From Mobula birostris (taxonomy: Eukaryota): a stretch of DNA of 64,000 nucleotides. The stretch's first letter is position 1. Every line of letters starts with the position of its first letter. This document shows positions 40,716 to 53,266 of this stretch, in pieces. Below the pieces are notes generated by a model. That model searched no databases, was not told where the DNA came from, and saw only the letters and a program-made list of their open reading frames with translations. Both the position numbers and the translations under genes were made by a program. The DNA is taken from contig NC_092370.1 of NCBI RefSeq assembly GCF_030028105.1, forward strand, positions 75,008,098-75,072,097. Direction: 5' to 3'.

Positions 40716-41975
40716 TTACAGCGTGGAGGGAATGACTGGAAGAGAAAAGCGGAAAAAAATAATAGTGAGTCAAGAACACAAAGCACAGCGCCTCAATCCA
40801 CCAAACTAAACCAAACAATGCATCAGGACCAACCAAGTCAAAAGAACAAAGCTATTGCGACAAAATAGACCCCATCCCACAGTTCCTCTCTCTTTATGGA
40901 GCACGAAGACCCACCGACAGACAGTCACGTCACAGCCAGCCAATGAGATCCCGGGGGCAGAGCCACAGCGCGGTTTCCATGGGACTAAATCTAATCATAG
41001 TGGAAATGCTCATTCATTTATTTCGTTATTGTTCACAATCAGGCGGGTAGAGTCTACCCACTTTTTATGTTTCTCAACATGCACTGATCATTGAGCAAAT
41101 CAATGCTCGAGCTTTACTTATTCAGCAGTTCATAATCATTTCGCACTGAGCTCAGGGCAATAACTGATTCACCTCGCAACACCCAGCACCTGTAAAATTA
41201 TCCCTTCCTGATGCAGAGATGATGGAGAGATTAGTAACATCGCATCGCACATGGGGGGGGGGGGTGAAGAAATACTTTGAAAGGAGAGATAGGGAGGTCG
41301 TGGAAAGGGAATTGCCGAGTCTGGGGCCGGGCTTATTAGAGGCATAGGGAGTGATTAAAGTCCATGATTAGAATTTAAAACAGCGCAGAGATCTGGGAGG
41401 GCTGCAGGGATACACTGTTTAAAGGAGACACAAGAGACTGCAGATGCAGTCTAGTCTACTCCTATTCTGGTCTGCTCAGTACTGTCTGATACAGGGTTTT
41501 GACACAAAACGTCGACTGTTCATCCCCCACTCCCCCACCCCACACACACATGATAAAGGACCCGCTGAGTGCCTAATTCCTCACCACACCCTTAAATGTT
41601 TATAAGATATCCCAGGAATGGAGGCTGCAAAAAACCATGGGACGATTTGAAAATACAGTATAGAAAGGATACCGTATCGGACAGCGATTAACGTCAGTAG
41701 CTCAGGGGTGGTAGATTTGGTCCTGAGACAAAAAGCCAGAACCCTCCCACCCCCATTCCCCAACCTGGACAAAATGATAATAATACGGGAGAGGAATGTG
41801 CCGGCTCCGGTCCGAGATGTCCTGGAAATCCCTGTTAACCCAGCAGGCTCAGCTCAGCCCCTCGGGGATGATGATTTAGGCACGGAGCATCAATACAAAC
41901 AAGAGAAAATCTGCAGATGCTGAAAATCCGAGCAACACACACATCAATACTGCGGACACACCTTGAGCAAGAGCG

Positions 41976-42160
41976 GCCAGCACGCCAAGGGTTAAACTTT
42001 GCGCATTCTGCCGGCTCGCAGACTGCAGACTTTGCCTTATTTGGTAATTAACCTGCAGAGGCTGCTGATCCACACCTTTAAGCGTTAAAGGGACGAAGCA
42101 AACTCAGATCCTGTCACAGTACAGTGTGGCCTGACATGATCTTATGTCTCATATTTATAC
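41976..42160 (-). promoter_or_regulatory. Actin A promoter/first-exon region: TATAAAT (42153-42159), putative non-coding exon 1 ending ~42076, CArG box (42035-42044)
   Basis: CCTTATTTGG fits CC(A/T)6GG; block 41976-42109 aligns with 63206-63341; candidate AAG|GTGTGG donor conserved in both copies. Confidence 0.65.
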
Positions 42161-42826
42161 CCCAGCCCATCTTTTTCCTGGGATATGGGTGTCCTCAGCC
42201 GGGGCTTGGCTGGATGCAGGCCCATGGTTAATCAAGAGCCGAACCACCTTGTGTAATTGTTGCAGTAGGAGGCCTTCAAAATACAAACATGGCAAGGGAA
42301 TGGAGTCACTTACAGCTGGTCAACTGTTCTTCCCCTGCCACACAACATCCTTCCCTCTTGCAGCTGCCTCTTTCACAACCCCTACCCTTCTGGCCCTACT
42401 GCTCCTTCTTTCTTCCCTCCATTGCAGAATCAGTATTGGCTTTATTATCACTAACATGATGTGAAGTTAATTGTTCTGCAGCAGCAGTACAGTATAAAAC
42501 ATAAAATTATATAAATTACAAAAATAAATAATGCAAAAAAGGAATGCTGAGGTAGTGTTCATGAGTGCATAGACCATTAAAATTGGATCATGGAGGTGTG
42601 GAAATAGTTTCTAAATCCTTGAGTAGGGTATGCTACCTGTGTTACCAGGTACTCCTGGAAGTTAATACCCTTAGATAAGCATCTGCTGGAGTCTGGCACA
42701 AAAAAAACAAACTGCTGGAAGAACTCATGAGGCTGAGCAGCAACTGTGGAGGCAGAGGGATAGTCAACATTTTGGGTCAACATCCTCCGTCAGGACTCAT
42801 CTTGCATGATCTATCAAGATCTTGCA

Positions 42827-43052
42827 ACACACACAAAATGCTGGAGGAACTCAGCAGGCCAGGCAGCACTATGGAAAAATGTACAGTTGACATTTCGGGC
42901 CGAAACTCTTCAGGGTTTCAGGGCCCTACTGAAGGGTCTCAGCCAAAATGTTGACTGTACTTTTTTCCATGGATGCTGCCTGGCTGGCTGAGTTCCTTCA
43001 GCATTTTGTGTGTGTTGCTCAGATTTCCAACATCTGCAGATTTTCTCTTGTT
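42827..43052. mobile_element. Short Penelope-derived element with inverted terminal-repeat arms
   Basis: Arms CAACACACACAAAATGCTGGAGGAACTCAGC... face each other; flanking 15-bp direct repeat TATCAAGATCTTGCA (42812-42826 and 43053-43067). Confidence 0.8.
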
Positions 43053-43761
43053 TATCAAGATCTTGCATCAGGATGTGTCTTGATGTGACCCCCTTCCCCA
43101 TTCCTTCACCAGTTTTGTTTTTACCTTAAGACATGCCTGAACATGGGTCAAAGAAGGGAAGAGAGTGCCTCCCTGGGCAGGAACCTGAACTCTACCAATT
43201 CCTTTCCTGATAAGGAGAAATCACCCTCAGTTCCGAAGAGCAGGAAGACCAAGGAGCCAATCACTGGAAGAGAGAAGAGACACTCAGGTGAGAGGTTTAT
43301 CCTGTCAGGAAGCTATTTTCAGTCTGCCCTGGAACAGGGTTATTAAACCTTGTTAGCTGAAACCACAAATGAATACAAACCCTCAATAAGTTCACCTCTC
43401 AGTAGTTTAAGGGCCATTTTCTCCTTGAACGGGAGATCAACTAAAACTTCTTCACATTATTTGTTCAGAATCAGGTTTAATATCACTAACTTACATGATA
43501 CAAAATTTGTCATTTTGCAACAGCAGTATGGTGCAAAGGTATAAAAATTACTATAAATTACAAAATAAGTAAACAGTGCAAAAAAGAATTAATGAGGTGG
43601 TGTTCATGAATTGTTCAGAAATCTGATCTTGGAGGGAAAGAAGCTGATCTTAGAACATTGAGTAAGTCTTCAGGCTCCTGTACCTTCTTCATGATGGTTG
43701 TAACAAGAAAAGGGCATGTCCCTGTTGGTGAGGGTTCTTCATGATGTTTCATCTTTTGGAG

Positions 43762-43841
43762 CAGGGGTTCCCCACCTGGGGTCCATGGACTCCTCTGTTA
43801 ATGGTAAGGCTCCATGGCATAAAGAAGGTTGGGAACTCCTG
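43762..43841. mobile_element. 80-bp hAT-type MITE inside a Rex1 fragment
   Basis: CAGGGGTTCCCCACCT...AGGTTGGGAACTCCTG termini; TSD degenerate. Confidence 0.6.
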
Positions 43842-45320
43842 TTCTTGGGGAACTCCTGTTCTTGAGGAACTGCTGCTTGAAAACATCTTTCATGGTAGAG
43901 AGAGTTATGTCCATGAGGGAGTTGGCTGAGTTTACAAATCTCTGCAGCCTTTTGCATTTCTGTGCATTGGAGACTCCATACCAGACTGTGATACAACCAG
44001 AAAAATGATTTAGATTGTTCATTTATGGAAATTTCCAAACTCTTTAGTGACATACCAAATATCTTCAAACTCTTAATGAAGTAGCGCTGCTGGCATGCCT
44101 TCTTCATGATTGCATCAATGTGTCTGGCTCAGGACAGATTTTCAGAGATGTTGACGCTCAGGAATTTAAAGCTGCTCACCATTTCCACTGCTGAGGACTG
44201 TATGTGTAGGTGTGTGGGAAAGGGGCTTGTTTTCCTGTTGTCTTTGTTCTGCTTTTTTTATATTACTGTTGTTGATACTTGTGTTGTTCTCCTGAACATT
44301 GTGCTGTTGGTACCAGAACGTATGGTGACCCTTATGGGCCGTCCCCAGCACATCCTTTCTTGTGTTGGTTGGTAATACAAATAATGTTTGTTTTGATATA
44401 CGTGTGATAAATAAATAAATCTGAATCTGATTCTGAATCTGAATGTGAATCTGCCATGACTTGAGATACAGTATTACCTTTTGGATTCATAGAGTAATAC
44501 AACACAGAAACAGGCCTTTTAGCCTAGTTGATCTCTGCCAATCAAGATGCCATTTTAAGCTAGTTCTATTTGCCCACGTTTGACCTATATCCCCTTAACT
44601 GTGCACCTGCTAAATTTACCCCTATAAATCTATTTTAAATGTTGTTAGTGTATTCATCTTAACTATTTCCTCTGCTTTGAGACTGTGATTAAGTCACTGA
44701 AGAAGCTGGTGGAACATGAATCACCACAAGCAGGCATTCTCTTAGAAACCCTCTTGGTAAAGACTCCCAAAATCAAATTACATCAAGATTTTATACTCTT
44801 GAGGACAATTGTAACAGTAGGTGATTCAATACAATTTCATAAGCTACAATGGCATTGTTTACTTCAATATTTTGAGTCTGACAGATAATTCCTTTGAACT
44901 TCATATTTACAGTGAAAGCACATTGTAATTAATAACACACCTCAAAAGGTTCAACACAGTTGCTGGGGCAACCTACTTCACACAGTTGGTCTTCAACTTC
45001 TGCAGACAGAGAACCCAGACACCCAAGATAAGTGTTGTAAGGGCTGATCCTCCGAGTACACAGATATATCAACTATTGATAGATCAGCAATGCACAATCT
45101 GGTCTGCAAGCTTCCTTGGATTTGGATACAATGGTGAAAATAACTTAGTTCATTGTTGCCTGGTTTGATGCAATACAATTAACATAATCCCTTTGACTAT
45201 GGTTTCCGTGATGTAAATGTGAACCTCTCATGGTCACCACTTTGTAAACCATATTTCATAGCAGCCAACCCCCTGCTCTGGGCCTGCAGCCTGTGCTCAG
45301 CAGACAGTACTGTTTGTTTA

Positions 45321-45678
45321 AGCAACACACATCAAAGTTGCTGGTGAATGCAGCAGGCCAGGCAGCATCTCTAGGAAGAGGTACAGTCAACTTCTCGGGC
45401 TGAGACCCTTTGTCAGGACTAACTGAAGGAAGAGCTGGTAAGAGATTTGAAAGTGGGAGGGGGAGGGGGAGATCCAAAATGATAGGAGAAGACAAGAGGG
45501 GGAGGGATGGAGCCAAGAGCTGAACAGGTGATTGGCAAAAGGGATATGAGAGGATGATGGGACAGGAGGCCCAGGGAGAAGGAAAAGGGGGAGGGGGGAA
45601 AAACCCCAGAGGATGGGCAAGGGGTATAGTCAGAGGGACAGAGGGAGAAAAAGGAGAGAGAGAGAAAGAATGTGTGTA
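45321..45678 (-). mobile_element. Penelope terminal-repeat/3'UTR fragment, same family as 28142-29297
   Basis: Closely similar to 28174-28530. Confidence 0.85.
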
Positions 45679-46339
45679 GTGTTTCTTTGCCAAGTTGTCC
45701 CTTTAACTTCAAACTGATTACTGCTTCCAATTTAGATTAAGAACTAAAGACTAGTTCTAGTTTGAATTTGTACTTGAGATATTCACATAATTCCTTAACT
45801 CCTGAATAATCCCTAACACTCTGGCTGCTCATTCCATATACCCATCACTCTCAGTGTGAATAAATTGCACCTCAGGCCCTTTTTAAATCTTTCTCCTTAA
45901 ACTATGCCTGTAGTTTCTTTCCTCCTTCCTTTCTTCCATGGTCCACTGTACTCTTCTGTCAGGTTTCTTCTTCTTCAGCCTATCCACCTATCCCCCTATC
46001 CCCTTCCTGCTTCTTACTTCATTCCCACCTTCCCACCTTCCCCTTCACCTGGTCTCAACCATTACCTGCTAGCTTGTATTCCTTCCCCTCTTCCCACCTT
46101 CTTATTCTGGCTTCTATCCCCTTTCTTTCCAGTCCTGATGAAGAATCTTAGTCCAACACATCAAATCTTTATTCCCCTCTATAGATACTGCTTGATTTAC
46201 TAAATTCCTCCGGCATTTGTGTGTGTACCTCTAGTTTTTGACTTCCTTTCCCTGGGGAAAAACTGTGGGAATTAACCCTATCTATGCCCCTCATGATTTT
46301 ATGCACCTTATAAGGTCCCTGGTATTGATTTACACCTCC

Positions 46340-49300
46340 TCAGTGCAAAAAGTTTAGATGGGGACTCAATAGTTAGGGAGACAGATAGGCGATTCTGTGG
46401 GTACAAAAAAGAAACACGGATAGTAGTTTGCCTCCCCAATGCCAGGTCCCCGATGTTTCTGAATGTATCTATAATATCCTGAAAAGGGAGGATAAGCAGC
46501 CAGAAGTTGTGGTACATATTGGTACAAATGACATAGGTAGAAAAAGGGAGGAGGTCCTGAAAACAGAATACAAGGAGTTAGGAAGGAAACTGAGAAGCAG
46601 GACCTCAAGGGTAGTAATCCTGGGCTTGCTGCCTGTGCCATGCTTCAGTGAGGATATGAGTAGAATGAGGTGGCAGATAAATGTGTGGCTGAAGAATTGG
46701 AGCAGGGGGCAGGGATTCAGATTTCTGGATAATTGTGACCTCTTCTGGGGACGATGTGACCTGTACAAAACGACCGGGTTGGTACTTAAATGCAAGGTGG
46801 ACCAATATTCTTGCAGGCAGGTTTCTTAGAGCTGTTGAGAGTGGTTTAAGTGAATATGCCAGGGGAACGGGAAGCAGTATGATAGAGCTGAAGATGAGCC
46901 AGCTGGTTTACAAATTAGATAACAGATGTAACATGAATGTAAGGAAGGACAAGCCAATGGTTGGGTACAAATGCAGACAGAGCAAAGAGCTAAATTGTAC
47001 CACAGAGGCAAAATTCAAAAGGATGAAGAACGCAGGACTGAAAGTGCTATATTTAAATGCGTGTAGCATTTGGAATAGGGTGGATGAACTCATGTCGCAA
47101 TTACCGATTGGTTAGTATGACGTTGTGGGCATCACTGAGTCGTGGCTAAAAGAAGGTCATAGCTGAGAGCTTAACATCAAAGGATATACTTTGTATAGAA
47201 AGGACAGACAAGAAGGCATTAGAGGTGATGTGGTTCTGTTGGTAAGAGATGGAATTACATCTTTAAAAAGAGGTGACATAGGGTCAGAGAGTGTTGAATC
47301 TTTGTGGGTGGAGTTAAGAAACAGCAAGGGGTAAAAACCAGTATGGGAATCATATATAGGCCTCCAAATAGTAGTCAAGATGTGGGGTTGAGATTGCAAA
47401 GGGAGCTTGAAAAGGCATATAATAAGGGTAATGTCACATTTCCTGATTGGGAAAATCAGGTTGGTGTCGGATCATAAGAGAGGGGATTTGTTAAGTATCT
47501 ATGAGGTGACTTTTTAGAGCAGCTTGCGCTTGAGCCTACTCGGGGAAAGACTATCTTAGATTGTGTGTTGTGTAATAACCTAGATCTTATTAGGGAACTT
47601 AATGTAAAGGACCCCTTAGGAGGCAGTGATCATAATATGATTGAATTCATACTGCAATTTGAGAGGGAGAAGCATAAGCCACACATATCAATATTGCAAT
47701 GTAATAAAAGGAATTACAGAGGCATGAGAGAGGAGCTTGCCCAGGTGGATTGGAGGAGGATACTGGTGGGCATGACGACAGAGCAGAAGTTTCTGGGAAT
47801 AGTTCACAAGGCGCAGGATAGATATGTCCCACAGAAGAAGAAGTCCTCAAATGGCAGGGGTAGGCAACTGTGGCTGACAAGGGAAGTTAAGGATTGCATA
47901 AAAGCCAAGAAAAGGGCACATAAAGCAGCAAAAATGAGTGGGGGGTCGGATGATTGAGAAGCTTTTAAAGTCCAACAAAAGGCAATGGTTCTTTGCAGGA
48001 ATGGGACCCATTCTCGGGGTTCCACAACTGGCTTTTATTCGACATGCCATGGGTTTGACCTGAGAATCTCGATTGTATTCGGAAGCCTAAGATCTCAGGG
48101 CTCTGGAGACGGGTGGATCGAGGGTCAGTGTCACGGCAGGAGACTTGTGCGTCGTCAGGGAGGCTGGAAAATCTTTTGCTGTGGGCCTGAAGACCCGAAG
48201 TCTTTGCGATCTTTAGACACAGAGCTTGAAAAAAGCGACGAAACAGACTTCTAACATCGTAAGCCAGCGGGTTGTTGTTATGTTTCCTGCTCGCTGTGAA
48301 AATGGGGTACACCTCCCTCTCCCTTGCCAGGGAGAGAGAGAGAACCTGTGGGTTGTCGAATTTCAGGTGAAATGCGAAGCCTTTGGGGTAACTTTGGTCT
48401 GTGTCTTTGCTATTGCTTAGCACACGCTTGGGCTCAGTGATAGTGCCGATGCGCGTTTATTTTTGCCGGTGGGGGGGAGGGGGGGATTGTCGCTCGCTGC
48501 CTCTTACATGTGGGAGGGTGGAGCTGGGGGGGGACTTTGGGGTTCTCATGTTTAACTGTTGTTCATTTTCTGGGGCACTTCTCTGTTTTCGTGGATGTTT
48601 GCGAAGAAAAAGCATTTCAGGATATATATTGTATACATTTCTCTGACATTAAATTTAATCTTTGAACCTTTGAAAGCTTTAAGAAGGGAAAAGAAATATG
48701 AGGGCAAACTAGCCAACAATATAAAACAGGATACTAAAAGTTCTTTCAGTTATATAAAGAGTAAAAGGGAGGTGAAGGTTGATATTGAGCCACTGGAAAA
48801 TGATGCTTGTGAGGTAGGAATGGGGTCAAAGAAATGGCAGATGAACTTAATGGGTACTTTGTATTAGTCTTCACTGTGGAAGACACTAGCAGTGTGCCAG
48901 AGGTCTGTGAATGTCAGGGAGCAGGAGTGAGTGCTATTGCTATTACAAAGGAAAGAGTGCTAGGCAAACTCAAAGGTCTTAAGTTGGGTATGTCACCTGG
49001 ACCAGATAGACTACATCCCAGAGTCCTAAGAGAGGTTGCTGAAGAGATAACGTTGGTCATGATCTTTCACTTGATTCTGGCATGGCTCTGGAGACTGGGA
49101 AATTGTAAATGCCACTCCTCTCTTTAAGAAGGGAGGGAGACAAAAGAAAGGAAATTATAAGCCAGTTAGCCTAACCTCAGTAGTTGGGAAAGTGTGGAGT
49201 CTATTACTAAGGCTGAGGTTTCGGGGTATTTGAAGACAATGATAAAATAAGACAAAGTCAGCATAGTTTTTGTAAAAGGAAATCTTGCCTGACGAATCTG

Positions 49301-50057
49301 TTCTTTGAGGAAGTAACAAGCAGGGTGGACAAAGGAGAGGCAGTGGATGTAATTTACTTGGGTTTTCAGAAGGCATTTGATAAGGCGCCACACATGAAGC
49401 TGCTTAACAAGATAAGATCTTTTGGCATTACAGGAAAGATGCTGGCATGGATGGAGGATTGGCTGACAGGCAGGAGGCAGCGAATGGGAATAAAGGGGGT
49501 CTTTTTTGGTTGGCAGCCAGTGATTAGTGGTGTTCCTCAGGAGACCGCTACTTTTCACATTGTTTGTCCATGATTTGGATAATGGATAATGGTTAATTCC
49601 AAGAATGACAGGATTAATTTAGGAGGAGCGTTTGGCAGTTTTGGGCCTGTACTCACTGGAATTTAGAAGAATGTGGGGGGATCTCATTTAAACCTACCAA
49701 AAGTTAAAAGGACTAGATAGGGTGGATGTGGAGAGGCTGTTTCCTATGGTGGGGGTATCCAAACCTAGAGGGCACAGCCTCAAAATCGAGGGACGACGTT
49801 ATAGAACGGAGGTAAGGAGGAATTATTTTAACAAGAGAGTGGTGAAGCTGTGGAATGCTCTGCCACGGACTGCAGTGGAGGCCAAGTCCATGGGTATATT
49901 TAAAGCAGAATTTGGTAGTTTCCTGATCAGGGCATCAAAGGATATGGCAAGAAGGCAGGTGTATGGGGTTGAGTGGGATCCGGGATCAGCCAGGAAGGAA
50001 TGATGGAGCAGTCTCGATGGGCTGAATGGCCTAATTCTGCTCCTATGTCTTATGGTC
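46340..50057 (+). mobile_element. Near full-length decayed CR1 LINE with a nested insertion at ~47987-48673
   Basis: ORF1 esterase PEVVVHIGTNDIG..RVVILGLLP; ORF2 YLNACS, LGGSDHN, AVDVIYLGFQKAFDK. Confidence 0.88.
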
Positions 50058-53005
50058 TTCTGGGGCAGAGTTTTTTAGGTGTGTCCAGGAAGGATTCCTG
50101 ACAGGCTGACTAGAGGAGAGGCTCTACCGGATCTAATATTAGGCAATGATCCTGGTCCCACGGTAGACTTCTCAGTGGGGGGAGCATTTTGGAGATAGTG
50201 AATATAAGTCCCTGAACTTTAGCATAGCCATGGATGAAGATAGTAGACAGTATGGAAAGTATTTAATTGGGAAAGGGCTAACTATGAAGGTATTAAACAG
50301 TATCTTAGGAGCATACATTGGAAACAGATGTTCTCAGGGAAATACACAGCTGAAATATGGAGGTTGCTTGTGAATCACTTGCAAGGGGCTCTGAATAGGT
50401 TTGTCCCACTGAAGAGTGATGGAACATTTAGTCAAGAGAAATAATCAAGCATACTTAAGGTTTAGGATGGAATAATCAGGCAGTGCTCTTGAGAATTATA
50501 AGGTAGGCAAGAAAGAACTTAAGGAAGGCCTTAGGAGAGCTAGAAGGGGATACAAGAAGATCTTGGCAAGTAGGATTATGGAAAACCCCAAGCATTCTAT
50601 ATGTATGTGAAACACAGTAACATGATAGGATGCTCAGGTATAAAAGGGGAAACATGTATCTGGAATAGAAGAGATTTTGCAGTTGCTGAAAATCCAGAGT
50701 AACAGCACAACATGCAGGTCAGGCAGCAACTATGGAGGGGAATAAAGAGTTGATGTTTCAGGCTAAGACCCTTTATCAGGACTGGAAAGGAAGGGGGAAG
50801 AAGCCAAAATAAGAATGTGGGGGAGGAGAAGGAGTACAAGCTGGAAGGTGATAGGTGAAGCCAGGTAAGGGGGAGGGTAGGTGGGTGAAGGGTGTGGGTG
50901 GTGAGAAGCTGAGAGGTGAGGTGATAGGTGGAAAAGATAAAGAGCTGAAGAAGGAGGAATCTGATTGGAGAGTAGTGGACTGTGGGAGAAAGGGAAGGAC
51001 AAGCACCAAAGGAACGTGATGGACAAATGAGGAGAAGAGAAAGGGTAAGAGGGGAACCAGAATAGGGGAAAAAACTGCTAAGGCTTGGCAATAATCTTTG
51101 CATTCTTCTTGGCTGCAGGAGTGGTACCAGAGGAATGGAGGATGGCAAATGTTGTTCTGAGAATGTAGTATCAAGAAAGGTAATAGAGACAATCCTAAGA
51201 ATTATAGACTGGTGAGTCTTAAGTCAGCGGTGGGCAAAGTATTGGAGAGTAATCTTTGGGGCAAGATTTGTGAGCATTTGGAAAACCATAGTCTTGTTAG
51301 GGATAGTCAGCTTGACTTTGTTAGGGACGGGTTTTGCCTCACATGCTTGATTGAGTTTATCAAGGAGTTGACAAAACATATTGATGAAGTTAAAGTGGTG
51401 GATGTGGTGTATATGGCTTTTAGTAAGATGTTTGACAAGGTTCCTCATAGTAAGCTCATCCAGAAAGGCATGAGGCATGGATCCATGTAAGCTTGGCTGG
51501 ATGGAGCTTATTCTGCCTGGAGGTCAGTGACTAGTGTTGTTCCATGCCTGTTTTGGGATTAGATTAGATTATGAGGACATGCAGTCCTCTTTTATTGTCA
51601 TTTAGTAATGCATGCATTAAGAAACTATACAATGTTTCTCCAGAATGATATCACGGAAACACAAGACAAACCGACAAAAAAACTGACAAAAACCACACAA
51701 CTATGACATATAGTTACAACAGTGCAAGGCAATACCGTAATTTGATGAAGAGCAGACCATGGGCATGGTTTCTCAAAGTCTCTCGAAAGTCCCATCATCT
51801 CACGCAGACGGTAGAAGGAAGAAAAAAAAATTCTTCCTGCCATGAGCTTCCAGCGCCGCAAACTTGCTGATGCAGCATCCTGGAAGCACCCGACCACAGC
51901 CGACTCTTGAGCCCATCCGAAAACTTTGAGCCTCTGACACCGAGCATCATCTCTGCCAGCGCTTCGACCCCGGCCCCGGCAATAGGCAAAGCCGAGGATT
52001 CTCGATCGCACAGTAGCAGCGGCAGTGAAGCAGGCATTTCAGAAGTTTCTCCAGGTGTTCCTCCGTGCTTCTCATGTCTGTCTCCATCAAATCAGGATTG
52101 TGCACGGACACCACCTCTTTGTGATTTTTATAAATGGATGAGGAAGCTGAGAGCTCAAAGACGACATAGAGTTTGGAGGTGATGTAGTTAGTGGGGAAGG
52201 TGATTACAGGTTACAATAGGATATGGACAAGGAACAGAACTGAGGAGAGAAGTTGCAGAAAGATTTCAATCTAGATAATTATAAAGTGGTACGCTTTAAA
52301 AGATTGAATATGAAGGCAGAGTAGAAGGCTAATGGCAGGATTCTTAGTAGTGTGTGGGATGGGGGAGGTGAAGGGATCCTGGGGTCCAAGTCCATAAATC
52401 CCTCAAAGCTGCCACATGAGTTGAAAAGGTAGTTAAGAAGGCATAAGGTGTACTAGCCTTAATTAGTCAGGAGATTGAGTTCAAGAGCCAGAAGATAACG
52501 TTGCAGCTCTATAAAATCTTGGCTAAACCATATTTGGAGAATTCAGTTATGGTTGGGTCATAGTAGAGAGAACATGGAAGCTTTAGAGAGGGTGCAGAGG
52601 AGATTTACCAGAAGACTGCCTGGATTAGAAAATGTGTCTTAAGTGGCAAGGTTGAGTGAGCTAAAGTTTTCGCTTGGAAACTTTAGCGATGGAGAATGAG
52701 AGACAACTTGACAAGGTATATAAAATAATCAGAGTTATTGGAAGAGTGGACAGCCAGCATCTTTTTTTTTAACCAGGGCAGCAATAGCCAAAACCAGAGA
52801 ATATCCATTTAAGGTGAATGGAGGAAAGTTTTGTGAGAGGTAGGCATCTTCCCTCTTACTTTCCAGTCCTGATGAAGGGTCTTGGCCTGAAATGCTGATT
52901 GTTCATTAATTTCCATTGATACTGCCTGAACTGCTGAGTTCTTCCAGCATTTTGGTGTGTTGTTTTGGATTTCCAGCATCTGTAGAATCTCCTGTATTTA
53001 AGAGA

Positions 53006-53181
53006 AGGAAGACCAGCCCTTAACTCGGCAGTGGAGATATCAGGGCACCGTCATGACGGTGTTTCCGTAGCAAGCTATTTTTGCTTTTACGAGGCCGAGT
53101 TGCTAGCCCAACTTGGATTCGAACTTGGGAACCTTCACTCCAGAGTCTGGTGCTGATATTATTGTGCCACCAAGCAGGACA
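53006..53181 (-). mobile_element. Short tRNA-derived SINE
   Basis: A-box-like TGGTGGCACAAT, B-box GTTCGAATCC; 11-bp TSD TATTTAAGAGA (52995-53005 and 53182-53192). Confidence 0.7.
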
Positions 53182-53209
53182 TATTTAAGAGAGAGATTTT
53201 TTAAAAAAA

Positions 53210-53266
53210 TATATACTCATAGTGGGTATATATCCTCATAATGGGTATATATCCTCATAATGGGAT
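53210..53266. repeat. Short tandem repeat, ~19-20 bp x3 (TATATCCTCATAATGGGTA)
   Basis: Direct reading. Confidence 0.8.

Noticed and set aside
53110-53180. tRNA gene suggested by GTTCGAATCC
   Set aside because: No cloverleaf; it is the head of a TSD-flanked SINE
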